A stretch of DNA of 64,000 nucleotides from Candidatus Peregrinibacteria bacterium. GTDB taxonomy: Bacteria; Patescibacteriota; Gracilibacteria; Peribacterales; Peribacteraceae. Both the position numbers and the translations under genes were made by a program. Below, in pieces: positions 30,012 through 39,755 of this stretch (position 1 is its first letter; each line of letters begins with the position of its first letter). Where the stretch lies: contig JACPXZ010000025.1 in NCBI GenBank assembly GCA_016196225.1, positions 1,102-65,101 on the forward strand. Reading direction: 5' to 3'. The notes under the pieces were generated by a model, which made no database searches, was not told the origin of the DNA, and worked only from the letters and a program-made list of their open reading frames with translations.

Positions 30012-30024
30012 ATGATCGCCCGCT

Positions 30025-30261
30025 ATGTTTCACGTATATCTTCTCCGGAGCATCAAAAATCCAGAAATGACCTACGTTGGATTCACAACGAAGGATATTC
30101 GCGAACGCATGGAGGAACACAATCGTGGCCTCACAAAAACGACTGCGCCGCATATTCCATGGTCGATCGAAACGGTTGTTTCGTTTCGAGATTTGAAAAA
30201 GGCGCAGGAGTTTGAACAGTATTTACACGTCGTTCGCGAACGACGTGGCCAGCCACACTAA
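30025..30261 (+). CDS. Small GIY-YIG nuclease, C-terminus replaced by a palindrome
   Basis: HVYLLRS..YVGFT..RMEEHNRG..T..PW..EQYL. Confidence 0.88.
   Translation: MFHVYLLRSIKNPEMTYVGFTTKDIRERMEEHNRGLTKTTAPHIPWSIETVVSFRDLKKAQEFEQYLHVVRERRGQPH
30226..30254 (+). repeat. Family H palindrome
   Basis: CACGTCGTTCGCGAACGACGTG(GC), identical to 58081-58104. Confidence 0.9.
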
Positions 30262-30267
30262 GCGTGG

Positions 30268-30945
30268 TTATTTCTCCTCATCCTCATCCTTTGCCGGCGC
30301 GAAGGTGGCATCCACAACGATCCCGTCAGGGAGGGATTCGACACCGACCGAGTACTCTTCTCCGTTTTTAATGTTTTTAACGAGTTCCAGAATCATCTCC
30401 GGCGCAAGAATCATTCTGCCCCTTCCGAATCCAAAACATGTTCCTTCTCCCACGAGCTCTTGTGTGGGTTCTTCACCTGGCTTTTCAGATTCTTTGGTGA
30501 TGACCTCTTGCTCGCCTATGATAACGGGTAGACCGAGACAACTGAGCGATGCGCGGAATGTACCATCGATGATGAGATATTTTCCATCTTTGCTAACGCA
30601 GAGAGTCACTGTACGTTCCGTGACGACCTCCTCATCATCCACTATTTTAGTGTCTTTGACGAGGATCGAGGACGGGGAACCGAGAGGGATTTTTCCTTTT
30701 CGTTCCCATAAATACGGCACTTCTTCTGCCTCCTTTTCCTTTTTTTCAGGGCTCGATGCATTACTGTTTTGAGCCGCTGCTGGAGGGGGGGCGCTATTTT
30801 TGGGAGGCGCGACAGGCGCAGGAGGAACGCAACCCGAGAGAACGGCCAATGCGAGTGCTCTTTTTATAACACTTGATACGACTCCAGGTTTTACGAGTGG
30901 ATATACAGGTTTTGAAACTTCAGGAATATTTTCTAATGCAGGCAT
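30268..30945 (-). CDS. Putative lipoprotein
   Basis: Lipobox LAVLSG-C followed by a Pro-rich linker; start uncertain. Confidence 0.6.
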   Translation of the reverse strand: MPALENIPEVSKPVYPLVKPGVVSSVIKRALALAVLSGCVPPAPVAPPKNSAPPPAAAQNSNASSPEKKEKEAEEVPYLWERKGKIPLGSPSSILVKDTKIVDDEEVVTERTVTLCVSKDGKYLIIDGTFRASLSCLGLPVIIGEQEVITKESEKPGEEPTQELVGEGTCFGFGRGRMILAPEMILELVKNIKNGEEYSVGVESLPDGIVVDATFAPAKDEDEEK

Positions 30946-31030
30946 ACGTGGGATTCTCCTCTTTCAAAAATGGGATTGCAAGAGCTACATTTTGCTTGCA
31001 ATAGAGCCGTTCTTCCCTACACTCCCCTTC

Positions 31031-31345
31031 GTGTTTGCTGTCGTTAATATTGCCGGCTTTCAGGAAAAGGTACAGAAAGGGGACAAACTGAAGGTTCCTT
31101 TATTGCAAGGGGAGCCGGGGACGAACCTCACGTTTGCAGACGTTCTTCTCCTTTGCAAAGAGGGGAATGAAGTGGTGATCGGGACGCCGACGGTTAAAGG
31201 CGCGAGTGTGGAAGTCGCGATTCGAAAACATGGAAAAACGGATAAGGTTCTTGTCTATAAAATGCACCGCCGCAAGCGCTACCGGAGGACCCGCGGACAT
31301 CGGCAAACGTTTACGGAGATTGAGGTGACGGGGATCAACGCGTAG
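31031..31345 (+). CDS. rplU: 50S ribosomal protein L21
   Basis: FAVVNIAGFQEKV..IGTPTVKGASV..RKRYRRTRGHRQ; GTG start. Confidence 0.95.
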   Translation: MFAVVNIAGFQEKVQKGDKLKVPLLQGEPGTNLTFADVLLLCKEGNEVVIGTPTVKGASVEVAIRKHGKTDKVLVYKMHRRKRYRRTRGHRQTFTEIEVTGINA

Positions 31346-32384
31346 AACGGAGTTCTTGGAAGAGTTTTAATATCACGCCCATATTCTGCATGCAGGCAAT
31401 GGTTTCGGCATACCGTTCGTGTATGTGAAATAAATGATGAAGGTAACTCTTGGTGTGTGTTCGACTTAATGGTGATGGCGAATCGGGATCAATGGGGGAG
31501 TGATCGTCCCGGTATTCTTGTTTGATAATCCGGATCGTTGAACCATCAGAGAGATGGAGTGTCCCGTGCCGCGCTTCGCGCATGGGGAGAACGCAATCGA
31601 ACATGTCGATGCCTTTTGCGATGCAGTGTTTCAGTTGCGATAATCGGCCGACACCCATGAGGTAACGGGGGGCTGCGGTCGGCAATAGAGGAGTGATGCA
31701 TTCAAGGACGCCATACATCTCCGTTTCGGATTCGCCGACAGCCAGCCCACCGATTGCGTATCCATCGAATCCGATGGCCATAAGCTCCTCTGTACATTTT
31801 TCGCGCAGGTCCCTTTCAAGTCCCCCTTGGACAATACCAAAGAGGAGATTTTTATTCGATAACTTTTTTTGCCATTCCTTGCACTCCTTTGCCCATCGAA
31901 GCGTCCGATCCACTGCTTCGATCAATCGCTTGCGAGGGGCGGTGGAGGGGGGACAGTCGTCAAAACACATAATGATATCGGACCCTAATGTATGTTGAAT
32001 CTTCATTGCTTCTTCGGGACCCAGGAAGAGCGGTGCCCCATCGATGTGGGACTGGAAGTGCACACCATGCGGTTCGATCCGCAACCGGTGCCGGAGAGAA
32101 AAGACTTGGAATCCTCCCGAATCCGTGAGGATGGGTTTATCCCAGCCGATGAATGAATGCAGTCCTCCTGCATCTCGAACGATGTTTTCGCCCGGTCGAA
32201 GATGAAGGTGATAGGTATTGCAGAGGAGAATCTGCGCTCCAAGCTGATGAAGATCATTTAAGGTGATTCCTCGCATCGCGCCACCTGTTGCGACCGGCAG
32301 GAAAAAGGGCGTTTGGATATCGCCATGAGCAGTATGGAGTGTCCCATGTCTTGAAGACGATGGTATGGCATGCAATGTAAACAT
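31335..32384 (-). CDS. tgt: tRNA-guanine transglycosylase
   Basis: NTYHLHLRPG, TDSGGFQVFSL, GIVQGG, GGLAVGE, YLMGVG, DMFDCV. Confidence 0.95.
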   Translation of the reverse strand: MFTLHAIPSSSRHGTLHTAHGDIQTPFFLPVATGGAMRGITLNDLHQLGAQILLCNTYHLHLRPGENIVRDAGGLHSFIGWDKPILTDSGGFQVFSLRHRLRIEPHGVHFQSHIDGAPLFLGPEEAMKIQHTLGSDIIMCFDDCPPSTAPRKRLIEAVDRTLRWAKECKEWQKKLSNKNLLFGIVQGGLERDLREKCTEELMAIGFDGYAIGGLAVGESETEMYGVLECITPLLPTAAPRYLMGVGRLSQLKHCIAKGIDMFDCVLPMREARHGTLHLSDGSTIRIIKQEYRDDHSPIDPDSPSPLSRTHTKSYLHHLFHIHERYAETIACMQNMGVILKLFQELRSTR

Positions 32385-32499
32385 TGTTGAACAGGGGATT
32401 TTAACTTGCAGAAGCAGTGTAATTATGAACAAATCACTTGTACAGATTGGGGGCGTAACCCATACTGTCCTATGTTTTACCCTTTTCCTCCATTTTCCT

Positions 32500-32910
32500 A
32501 TGACGGTGTCTTGTTGCTCACTCCCCAAGGATGCAAAGGGAGTTTCTACGTGGGTGCTGCGCAGTACCTTCGGTTTGGCTCTGGTTTTTATCGGAGTCAA
32601 ACATTTAATGATGGTGGATTCGTTCGCCGGTTTTGTTGCGCAGGATCTTGGTGTCCTCTCGCCACTCGGTGAACTCTGGGCATATGTGTATTCCATTCTT
32701 CTTGTGGTTGGCGGCGTTCTTTTTGTGTTGGATATTCATCGGGACAAAGCGGCATGGGCTGCAGGAGTGGCACTCGGATCTATTGTTGTCGGTATGCTCC
32801 TAAAGCCGTTGCTTGGAGGAGTAGAACTCGGCTCCGTGATGCCGGCAGTCCACAATACATGGATTTGGTTACTGGTGTACGGATATATCGTTTGCTGCAA
32901 CAGTAAATAG
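32500..32910 (+). CDS. DoxX-like membrane protein
   Basis: LRSTFGLALVFIGVKH; 4 TM. Confidence 0.6.
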   Translation: MTVSCCSLPKDAKGVSTWVLRSTFGLALVFIGVKHLMMVDSFAGFVAQDLGVLSPLGELWAYVYSILLVVGGVLFVLDIHRDKAAWAAGVALGSIVVGMLLKPLLGGVELGSVMPAVHNTWIWLLVYGYIVCCNSK

Positions 32911-32926
32911 AGTTGTTTTTCAATGC

Positions 32927-32968
32927 TTCCCTCCCCCTTGAGGGGAGGGTCCGGGAGAGGGGGTCAAA
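32927..32968 (+). repeat. Family A element
   Basis: TTCCCTCCCCCTTGAGGGGAGGGTCCGGGAGAGGGGGTCAAA. Confidence 0.9.
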
Positions 32969-32989
32969 GAATATTTGCCCCTCTTTTTT

Positions 32990-33024
32990 ACCCGCGCACC
33001 AGTCGCTTCGCTCCGATGCGGGGT
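32990..33024. repeat. Additional hairpin (REP-like or terminator)
   Basis: ACCCGCGCA..TCGCTTCGCTC..TGCGGGGT; single copy. Confidence 0.35.
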
Positions 33025-33083
33025 TACGCCAATAGGAGATATGTTGGTTCCTGTAAGGAGTTCTCACGGGATGTTTCAGGGCT

Positions 33084-33677
33084 TCACTTCTTAATAATCC
33101 GATCAATCAACCCATAATCAAGGGCTTCCTTTGCAGTCATGAATTTGTCACGCTCGGTGTCTCGTTCGATATCGGAGAGTTTTTTGCCCGTGTGTTTTGC
33201 GAGGAGGGTATTTAAAAGTCCTTTGGTCTTGATGATGTGATCAGCATGGATGGCAATATCCGTAGCCTGTCCTTCTGCTCCCCCCAATGGCTGGTGAATC
33301 ATGATTTCGGCATGTTCAAGTGCAAAGCGTTTACCTTTGGCGCCTCCCATGAGGATGACGGCCGCGCCGCTGGCGGCCATGCCGAGACAAACCGTCGAAA
33401 TATCCGGCTGTACATGCTGCATGGTATCGTACATGGCGAGAGTGGAACTTACTTGTCCTCCGGGAGAGTTGACGTAGAGGGTGATGTCCTTTTTTGGGTC
33501 TTCTTTTTCGAGGAAGAGGAGCTGTGCGATAATGGAATTAGAAACGTCGTCATTGATCGCGGTTCCGAGAAAAACAATGCGTTCTTCGAGAAGTCTGGAG
33601 TAAATGTCATAGACGCGTTCACCAAATTGAGTTTTCTCGATGACGGTCGGAATGATAAAGTTTTTGATGGGAGCCAT
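33084..33677 (-). CDS. clpP: ATP-dependent Clp protease proteolytic subunit
   Basis: [31 protein letters not shown]. Confidence 0.97.
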   Translation of the reverse strand: MAPIKNFIIPTVIEKTQFGERVYDIYSRLLEERIVFLGTAINDDVSNSIIAQLLFLEKEDPKKDITLYVNSPGGQVSSTLAMYDTMQHVQPDISTVCLGMAASGAAVILMGGAKGKRFALEHAEIMIHQPLGGAEGQATDIAIHADHIIKTKGLLNTLLAKHTGKKLSDIERDTERDKFMTAKEALDYGLIDRIIKK

Positions 33678-33748
33678 ACCGATAGTATACCGTTTTTTCC
33701 GGGGGCTCGATACTGGCACGTATCTTAAAAATATTTCACAATGGATGT

Positions 33749-34573
33749 ATGTCGAAGAAACTTATTGTTATCCTTGGGCCAACCGCATCAGGGAAGACCG
33801 AGTTTTCGATAAATATTGCAAGGCTATTAAATAATTCCCTCCCCCTTGGGGGGAGGGTTAGAGAGAGGGGGTCTAAAAAATTCAATATCGAAATCATTAA
33901 CGCTGATTCTCGCCAGTTATACAAATACATGGATATCGGGACGGCGAAAATTTCGACGAAGGAGATGCAAGGAGTTCCGCATCATCTTTTTTCGGTTCTT
34001 GGTCCCAAGGAAAAAGTGACCGTTGGGTGGTACAAAGAGAAGGCGGAACGGGTGATTGAGGATGTTCTTGCTCGTGGCAATATTCCCATCCTTGTCGGCG
34101 GTTCCATGTTATATATCAGCGCGATCACGGATGGCTATGTGTTCACGGGGAAGGGGGGCAAAAGGGCGACTCCCGTTCCATATGATCTTTACATGATCGG
34201 CATGGATATTCCACGACCGCTCCTCTATCGCCGAATCAATGAACGGACAAAAACACTTTTAGAATCCGGATGGATTGGAGAGGTACAAAGACTCTTGGGG
34301 ATGGGATATACCGTGAACGATCCCGGGCTTAAGAGTCACGGGTATCGTGAAATCGCTGATGCGATTTTAAATCATCAATCACCCGTCACACAATTACCGA
34401 TAATCTCCGCCAAAATACGACAGTACGCCAAACGGCAGATGACCTGGTGGCGACATGACGAGCGGATCCGATGGATTAATCCTGTTGGTCTTCCTCGATC
34501 TCTTCCTGAAGATCTGCGAGCTTTTTGTGAGTCTTCTCTTCGACGCGGACATACTCATTCACCGGTTCCATAA
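33749..34573 (+). CDS. miaA: tRNA dimethylallyltransferase (compact form)
   Basis: [43 protein letters not shown]. Confidence 0.92.
   Translation: MSKKLIVILGPTASGKTEFSINIARLLNNSLPLGGRVRERGSKKFNIEIINADSRQLYKYMDIGTAKISTKEMQGVPHHLFSVLGPKEKVTVGWYKEKAERVIEDVLARGNIPILVGGSMLYISAITDGYVFTGKGGKRATPVPYDLYMIGMDIPRPLLYRRINERTKTLLESGWIGEVQRLLGMGYTVNDPGLKSHGYREIADAILNHQSPVTQLPIISAKIRQYAKRQMTWWRHDERIRWINPVGLPRSLPEDLRAFCESSLRRGHTHSPVP
33835..33873 (+). repeat. Family A element inside miaA
   Basis: TTCCCTCCCCCTTGGGGGGAGGGTTAGAGAGAGGGGGTC, encoding [12 protein letters not shown]. Confidence 0.9.
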
Positions 34574-34598
34574 CAGAGTCGGGATTGTGGTTGGACAT
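34476..34598 (-). CDS. Possible 40-aa acidic peptide (not in the ORF track)
   Basis: [40 protein letters not shown]; pyrimidine-rich leader; follows a co-oriented gene. Confidence 0.45.
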   Translation of the reverse strand: MSNHNPDSVMEPVNEYVRVEEKTHKKLADLQEEIEEDQQD

Positions 34599-34614
34599 AA
34601 GGAGAAAGGAATGA

Positions 34615-35007
34615 TTAGAACTTGAATACATCATGATGCTCCTCAAGGCGTTCCTTCATCTGGAGAAGCGTCGCGAGCATATTTTCGTACTGGGGACACT
34701 CATTAGGGGTTTGCTTGGAGCGGAAGTATTCCTCGATCTTGCGGACAAGATCGACCATGTTGACCAGGGCCAAATCGACCTTGCCTTGGAGAGCCTCGGG
34801 TAATTTTTCGTAGATGTCTTTATTAAGGAATGAATCCGGGACATATGGATCAATTTTCTTTTCATCAATGAGTTTGATCAAGTCATGGAGGAACTTTTCT
34901 AATGTTGGATCCATTGTTCCTGTAAGGGGAGTCCCCGCGTGCTGTTGTTGTTCAAGGGGAAGATCCTGCGCCTTTGCAACTTTTTGTGCGAAAGAGTCGG
35001 CAATCAT
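34615..35007 (-). CDS. Hypothetical protein
   Basis: 130 aa from an ATG overlapping the upstream stop; ends DVFKF. Confidence 0.7.
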   Translation of the reverse strand: MIADSFAQKVAKAQDLPLEQQQHAGTPLTGTMDPTLEKFLHDLIKLIDEKKIDPYVPDSFLNKDIYEKLPEALQGKVDLALVNMVDLVRKIEEYFRSKQTPNECPQYENMLATLLQMKERLEEHHDVFKF

Positions 35008-35396
35008 AGTGTCGGAGCGTACAAGAGAAGAAGAATCCCGATGATCGTTGCGGCAAGGCCGCCGATAAAAGGTATGCTGCTTTTGGCAAGCATCGCTGTG
35101 CGTGCATCTCGTGGGAGGTCGGGATACCAACAGTAGAGAAGTCCTTTAAGGGCGCCCATCCAGGCAAAGAGTTTGACGAGGCCATGCATTTTTGTGGGGA
35201 GGGGACCAAGATCTGGATTTTCCAGAAGGACGAAAAAACAGAGGATCAAAAAGAGAGCGCCAATCGTGCGCATCCAGAGATCATCTTTGAGTGCCTTTTG
35301 CATCCAATGCACGGTTTTTTGGGGGGAAAGCAGCATGGGGAGACCAAAGAGGAGCTCAAGAATGCCCATGATGTATGCGAATGTGGAAAGGGTCAT
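35004..35396 (-). CDS. 4-TM membrane protein
   Basis: 130 aa hydrophobic ORF; TATAAT 6 nt upstream. Confidence 0.7.
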   Translation of the reverse strand: MTLSTFAYIMGILELLFGLPMLLSPQKTVHWMQKALKDDLWMRTIGALFLILCFFVLLENPDLGPLPTKMHGLVKLFAWMGALKGLLYCWYPDLPRDARTAMLAKSSIPFIGGLAATIIGILLLLYAPTL

Positions 35397-35416
35397 AGGT
35401 CCATTATACTTGGGGT

Positions 35417-37399
35417 GTGCCAGATTTGAAAATGCCACTTGCGCAGGTGCTCCGTACGACACAGAAGTACCTTGATGCACTCCGGGAGATTGGTATTACG
35501 ACGGTGGAAGATTTATTGCTGTATCTTCCGCGCACTCATGAGGATTTGAGTACGATGAGTACGCTCCAGAGCGCCCCTTTGAATGAAAAAATAACCGTAC
35601 GAGGGAGGGTTTGTCATCTTAAGAGAGTGTTTACAAGGGGACGTAAACAACTGATTCGGGCGATTTTTATCGACGGTGACGATAATCGTGCGGAAGTCAT
35701 CTGGTTTAACCAACCGCATATCATGCGTATGCTCAAGGAAGGCGATGAGGTCGCTCTGACGGGTAAAATCATAGAAAAAGGATCTGTATTACAAATAGTG
35801 AGTCCGCAGTTTGAAAAAGGGGGAGATCGCCCTCTTATTCATGCCGGTCGCCTGGTCCCGATCTACCCAGAGCATGATGTTATGAGCACAAAATGGTTAC
35901 GGGAAAAGATGATGCTCGTTAAATTTGCGATCGACGTATTGCCGGAGACGTTGCCGGAGGAGGTTGTCCGTGAGGAAGCCATACTCTCGCGTAGAGATGC
36001 GATCCGAACGCTCCATTTTCCTGAGGATCCCGCAGAGGTCGAGCGCGCGCGGGATCGCGTCGCATTTGAGGCAATGTATCGGATTCAGGAGAGTGCTCTT
36101 CTCAAAAAGAAGGAGTGGCAAGCTTCGGTACAAGATCGTCTGAAGATCCCCATGGATACGGATCTTGTGAAGAAGTTTTTTTCGTCCTTGAAGTTTGTAC
36201 CGACCAATGCGCAAAAAATTGCGATGTACGAAATTTTGAAGGATATGGAAAGCGGACGACCCATGTCGCGATTGCTCGAAGGAGATGTCGGATCGGGTAA
36301 GACGCTCGTCGCAACTGTCGTATTGGCGAATGTCATTAAACACGGCGGACAATGTGCATTCATGGTGCCTACCGAAGTGCTTGCCAAACAACATGCGGAA
36401 ACCATCACAAAACTTCTGCTTACCGTCTATGATTCACCAATGAGCGTTGCTCTGCTCACGGGTTCTGTTCCGGAATCGGAAGTGCGGAGGATAAAGTTGG
36501 GATTGGGTAATGGGACGATTGATCTGGTGATCGGAACACATGCGCTGATTGAAGACGACGTTCGGTTTAAAAATTTGTGTTTTGTGGTGATTGACGAACA
36601 ACACCGATTTGGCGTCGTGCAAAGAGAATGTCTTACTGCAAAAGGCACTCCGCATGTGCTCCATATGACGGCGACGCCTATCCCACGAACACTCGCACTT
36701 ACGGCATACGGACATCACGATCTCTCCGTCCTTACCGAAAAACCGCTCGATCGTCCGTTGATTCATACCAAAGTCGTAAAACCGCGCGATCGAAAAAAGG
36801 TAGAGTTATTTATTGATCGAGAAATTGAAAAGGGAAGGCAAGTGTTTGTGATTTGTCCTCTTATTGAACATAAGGATGATCGTAAATCCGTTGAAGAAGA
36901 ATTTACGCGTTTACAGAATGTTTTTCCTCATCGGCGTATTGCGATGCTTCATGGAAGGATGGCATCACGAGAAAAGGAGGACGTCATGCGGATGTTCAAA
37001 GAATGCAAAAGCGATCTCCTGGTATCCACATCGGTCATCGAGGTGGGGATTGATATTCCCAATGCGTCGATTATGCTTATCGAAGGAGCAGAACGATTTG
37101 GATTATCGCAGTTACATCAATTTCGGGGACGGGTTGGGAGAGGGGTTCATGCAAGTTATTGTTTTTTATGCGGGTCTCGATCCGAAAAGGCGGGATCAAT
37201 ACGCCTGAAGGCGATGGAAGAATGTAACGATGGATTTAAATTAGCGGAGATTGATCTCAAGTTGCGGGGGCCGGGGGAGCTTTATGGGGTCCGACAAAGC
37301 GGGGTACCGGAAGGTGCGCTAATTCATTTGTTGAACCCAGAACTTGTCGTGCGTGCGCGGCGGGCGGCAGAAAAATACTTGTTTTTCTGCGGGCGATAA
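35417..37399 (+). CDS. recG: ATP-dependent DNA helicase RecG
   Basis: GDVGSGKT, DEQHRFGV, MTATPIPRTL, LHQFRGRVGR, DLKLRGPGE. Confidence 0.97.
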   Translation: MPDLKMPLAQVLRTTQKYLDALREIGITTVEDLLLYLPRTHEDLSTMSTLQSAPLNEKITVRGRVCHLKRVFTRGRKQLIRAIFIDGDDNRAEVIWFNQPHIMRMLKEGDEVALTGKIIEKGSVLQIVSPQFEKGGDRPLIHAGRLVPIYPEHDVMSTKWLREKMMLVKFAIDVLPETLPEEVVREEAILSRRDAIRTLHFPEDPAEVERARDRVAFEAMYRIQESALLKKKEWQASVQDRLKIPMDTDLVKKFFSSLKFVPTNAQKIAMYEILKDMESGRPMSRLLEGDVGSGKTLVATVVLANVIKHGGQCAFMVPTEVLAKQHAETITKLLLTVYDSPMSVALLTGSVPESEVRRIKLGLGNGTIDLVIGTHALIEDDVRFKNLCFVVIDEQHRFGVVQRECLTAKGTPHVLHMTATPIPRTLALTAYGHHDLSVLTEKPLDRPLIHTKVVKPRDRKKVELFIDREIEKGRQVFVICPLIEHKDDRKSVEEEFTRLQNVFPHRRIAMLHGRMASREKEDVMRMFKECKSDLLVSTSVIEVGIDIPNASIMLIEGAERFGLSQLHQFRGRVGRGVHASYCFLCGSRSEKAGSIRLKAMEECNDGFKLAEIDLKLRGPGELYGVRQSGVPEGALIHLLNPELVVRARRAAEKYLFFCGR

Positions 37400-37460
37400 G
37401 GGAATACGAGCATTCCTGGAGGCTGAATTTTCCGCAGAAAAAACAAAGTATTTTTCTGCC
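37366..37460 (+). repeat. Family G element (conserved core, long inverted arms) overlapping the recG stop
   Basis: Core GGGCGATAAGGGAATA..GCAT..GGCTG..TTTTCC shared with 53793-53834. Confidence 0.8.
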
Positions 37461-37511
37461 CTTTAAAAAATCCTTGTTATCTGCATGAGGATTGCTAGAC
37501 TACCTTGCGAT

Positions 37512-38213
37512 ATGGCAGACGACGCGTCTCCAAAGGATTCCAAAGCTGCGCCACCTCCACGTCCGGGCGATCCGGTACCGGAGGGTGGTCTTGATCCAAC
37601 GCAGGTTTTTGCGTCGCCTCCACCCCCGCCCCCCGGAGCGCGGAGCGCGCAGGGGGGGCCGCCGCAAGATGACGCCGCTGCCGGTTCAGGGCAAGGGGGT
37701 GCGGGGCAGGTCGCCGGACCTCCACAGGATGCCGGGCCACCTCCGCCTCCGGCCGGTCCGTTAGCGTCCGATGAAGAGCTTAAAGCGAAGGGATATGACG
37801 ATGAGGATATTCGGGTTCTCAAAGAAGTGGGGGACTATCGTTTTGGTGGGGTTGTCGGCACGTTGACCAACGACAATATCGTTGTTCCTCTCCATGCCGA
37901 TACCACATTCGACGAGCAGGGGTTTTTGAAACTTCTTCGGGGAAGTATTTCGCTGACTCGCGATGAAAAGTGGCGCATCATTCAGGCGGTCCCTAAACTT
38001 TCACAATTCCAGGTAGATGAGCTGCAAAAGATTCTTGAGGAGGAGAGGCATAAATTTGGGGAACTTTCCCCCAAACATTTATCGCAACTCAAACGCCTGG
38101 AAGGAAAGCATGCGGAGGATTGGCGTGATCTTCAGTCAATGCATGTTCAACAGCAGGTTAAAAGTGAGGAGAAGGAGAAGGCGGAGGCAATACGGAAAAA
38201 GCTCGGTCTCTAG
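37512..38213 (+). CDS. Hypothetical protein, Pro/Gly-rich N-terminus and helical C-terminus
   Basis: 233 aa; SISLTRDEKWRIIQAVPKLSQFQVDELQKIL. Confidence 0.75.
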   Translation: MADDASPKDSKAAPPPRPGDPVPEGGLDPTQVFASPPPPPPGARSAQGGPPQDDAAAGSGQGGAGQVAGPPQDAGPPPPPAGPLASDEELKAKGYDDEDIRVLKEVGDYRFGGVVGTLTNDNIVVPLHADTTFDEQGFLKLLRGSISLTRDEKWRIIQAVPKLSQFQVDELQKILEEERHKFGELSPKHLSQLKRLEGKHAEDWRDLQSMHVQQQVKSEEKEKAEAIRKKLGL

Positions 38214-38719
38214 ATATTCACCGCAAACCACGCTGTTCCGAGTACCCATAGACATGTTAGTACCATCCCTTTAAAGATCCCGCCATGGAGTGTTTTATGG
38301 AGAGAAGAAAACATGAGAAAAATAAAAACGCCGAAGGCGGATACAAGAACAGTCGTGGAGGATGCAAGGCCGGCAATAAGTTCGGAGCGAAAGGGGATAA
38401 TGCCACGATATTGATAGGTACCAATGGCAAAGATGAGTCCGTACCAGACGAGTAACCAACCGGCATAGAGGCGGAGGGTATCGATAAGGGGGAGGTAGGG
38501 GGGCAATGGATGGGCTGGAGGTAAAGGATGTTCGGGAGGTTCGTCGATGACAAAAGCCTTTTTGATGTGTTGCTCTTTCATCGTTGCTTCGTGAATTTCT
38601 TCGACAAAGAGCGCCTTGGTTTTAAGGAGATCGCGTGCATGCTGCAGACTCAAGGCATCGATGGTTCCTTCTTTTTGAAGATTTTTGTTATCGCGTGCGC
38701 GATAGAAGAATAATGGCAT
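38210..38719 (-). CDS. Membrane protein with PilC/GspF-like N-terminal module
   Basis: MPLFFYRARD..EGTIDA....ARDLL....LFV plus 3 TM. Confidence 0.65.
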   Translation of the reverse strand: MPLFFYRARDNKNLQKEGTIDALSLQHARDLLKTKALFVEEIHEATMKEQHIKKAFVIDEPPEHPLPPAHPLPPYLPLIDTLRLYAGWLLVWYGLIFAIGTYQYRGIIPFRSELIAGLASSTTVLVSAFGVFIFLMFSSLHKTLHGGIFKGMVLTCLWVLGTAWFAVNI

Positions 38720-38731
38720 GGAGGAAGTATA

Positions 38732-39712
38732 TCAGTTCCCTTCGTACGGATTAATATGTTCAATCATATACCGAACTGCGGGCTCGAGAGCGCTGCCTGC
38801 ACGGATTTCAAAATGCCGGTCACCGGACCACGGACGCAAGCCGACGATGGCAGAGCCTTGTACTTGAACATTCGTCGTTTCCTGATTTTCCAAAAAGAGA
38901 TCGCCCGGGAGGAGGTTGATAGAGATGTGGCCGTCACCGAGATTGAGAACGGGAGAATTGCCGACTTCAACATGCCAGAGGGTGCTTGTTGTTGTCCCAA
39001 AGGATTTGTACCACCAGTTGCGATGGACGGGGATGCAGAAACCGATGTGAGAAGAACAATATTCCTGTGTCCAGTGTTCGGCAGAGAAGTTTTCTTTGGC
39101 CATTGCTTCGATGACTTCTGTAAGTTGTTCCGTCCATTCGGCAGGCTCCCGTTCGGCAGGCTCAGGGCCTACGGCAAGATCCTCGGTAGACTCCGTCGGT
39201 TGTGTGGGTTCTGTGGGGATAGGTTGGATAGGTTTTTCAGGTTCAGCAGGTTTTTCTTCGGCGGTGCCCTGTACCGAGCTTTGCTCTGGTACTGGGGACT
39301 CTTCCTGCGGTGGGAGGATTAACTTGGTTTTTTCGACGCGCATGATGATCCCGTTGGCTTCGACAGTGGGACGGGTAGAGCCGGAGACTTCCACTTCTTC
39401 GCCGACATATCCATTCAAATCGACGTTTTCACTTTCCAGAAGTAAAAATCGTCTGTCCGAGAGGAGCAGGCGATGAGATCCTTGCATGTAAATGCTGATG
39501 CCTGCAGGTTGAACAATCCCGCGGTAGGTGACGTTGTGGGTCTCGCGCTCTTGAATAGCTTCACTAGCTGCATTGGCTTCGTTAGGGGAGGAATCTTCTG
39601 ATTCTGCTGTTTGACTTGCAGTCGAAGAAGATACTTGCGAAGGAGGACCGACCCGAACGGCGCAGGCAGTGAGTGTAAGGAAGCCAATGATGATGGGGAA
39701 CAGTCGGATCAT
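38732..39712 (-). CDS. Putative lipoprotein
   Basis: Lipobox LTLTA-C; Pro/Glu-rich linker. Confidence 0.7.
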   Translation of the reverse strand: MIRLFPIIIGFLTLTACAVRVGPPSQVSSSTASQTAESEDSSPNEANAASEAIQERETHNVTYRGIVQPAGISIYMQGSHRLLLSDRRFLLLESENVDLNGYVGEEVEVSGSTRPTVEANGIIMRVEKTKLILPPQEESPVPEQSSVQGTAEEKPAEPEKPIQPIPTEPTQPTESTEDLAVGPEPAEREPAEWTEQLTEVIEAMAKENFSAEHWTQEYCSSHIGFCIPVHRNWWYKSFGTTTSTLWHVEVGNSPVLNLGDGHISINLLPGDLFLENQETTNVQVQGSAIVGLRPWSGDRHFEIRAGSALEPAVRYMIEHINPYEGN

Positions 39713-39755
39713 TTCGGAGCGAAAGTATAATATCTTTTGAGCGTGTAATAACATT

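Noticed and set aside
29982-30945. Prophage or integrative island at tRNA-Gln
   Set aside because: No integrase or phage genes and no 3' tRNA duplication; housekeeping rplU follows within about 1 kb
32365-32696. Long N-terminal extensions of tgt and the DoxX-like ORF
   Set aside because: Mutually overlapping and without family similarity; shorter starts fit
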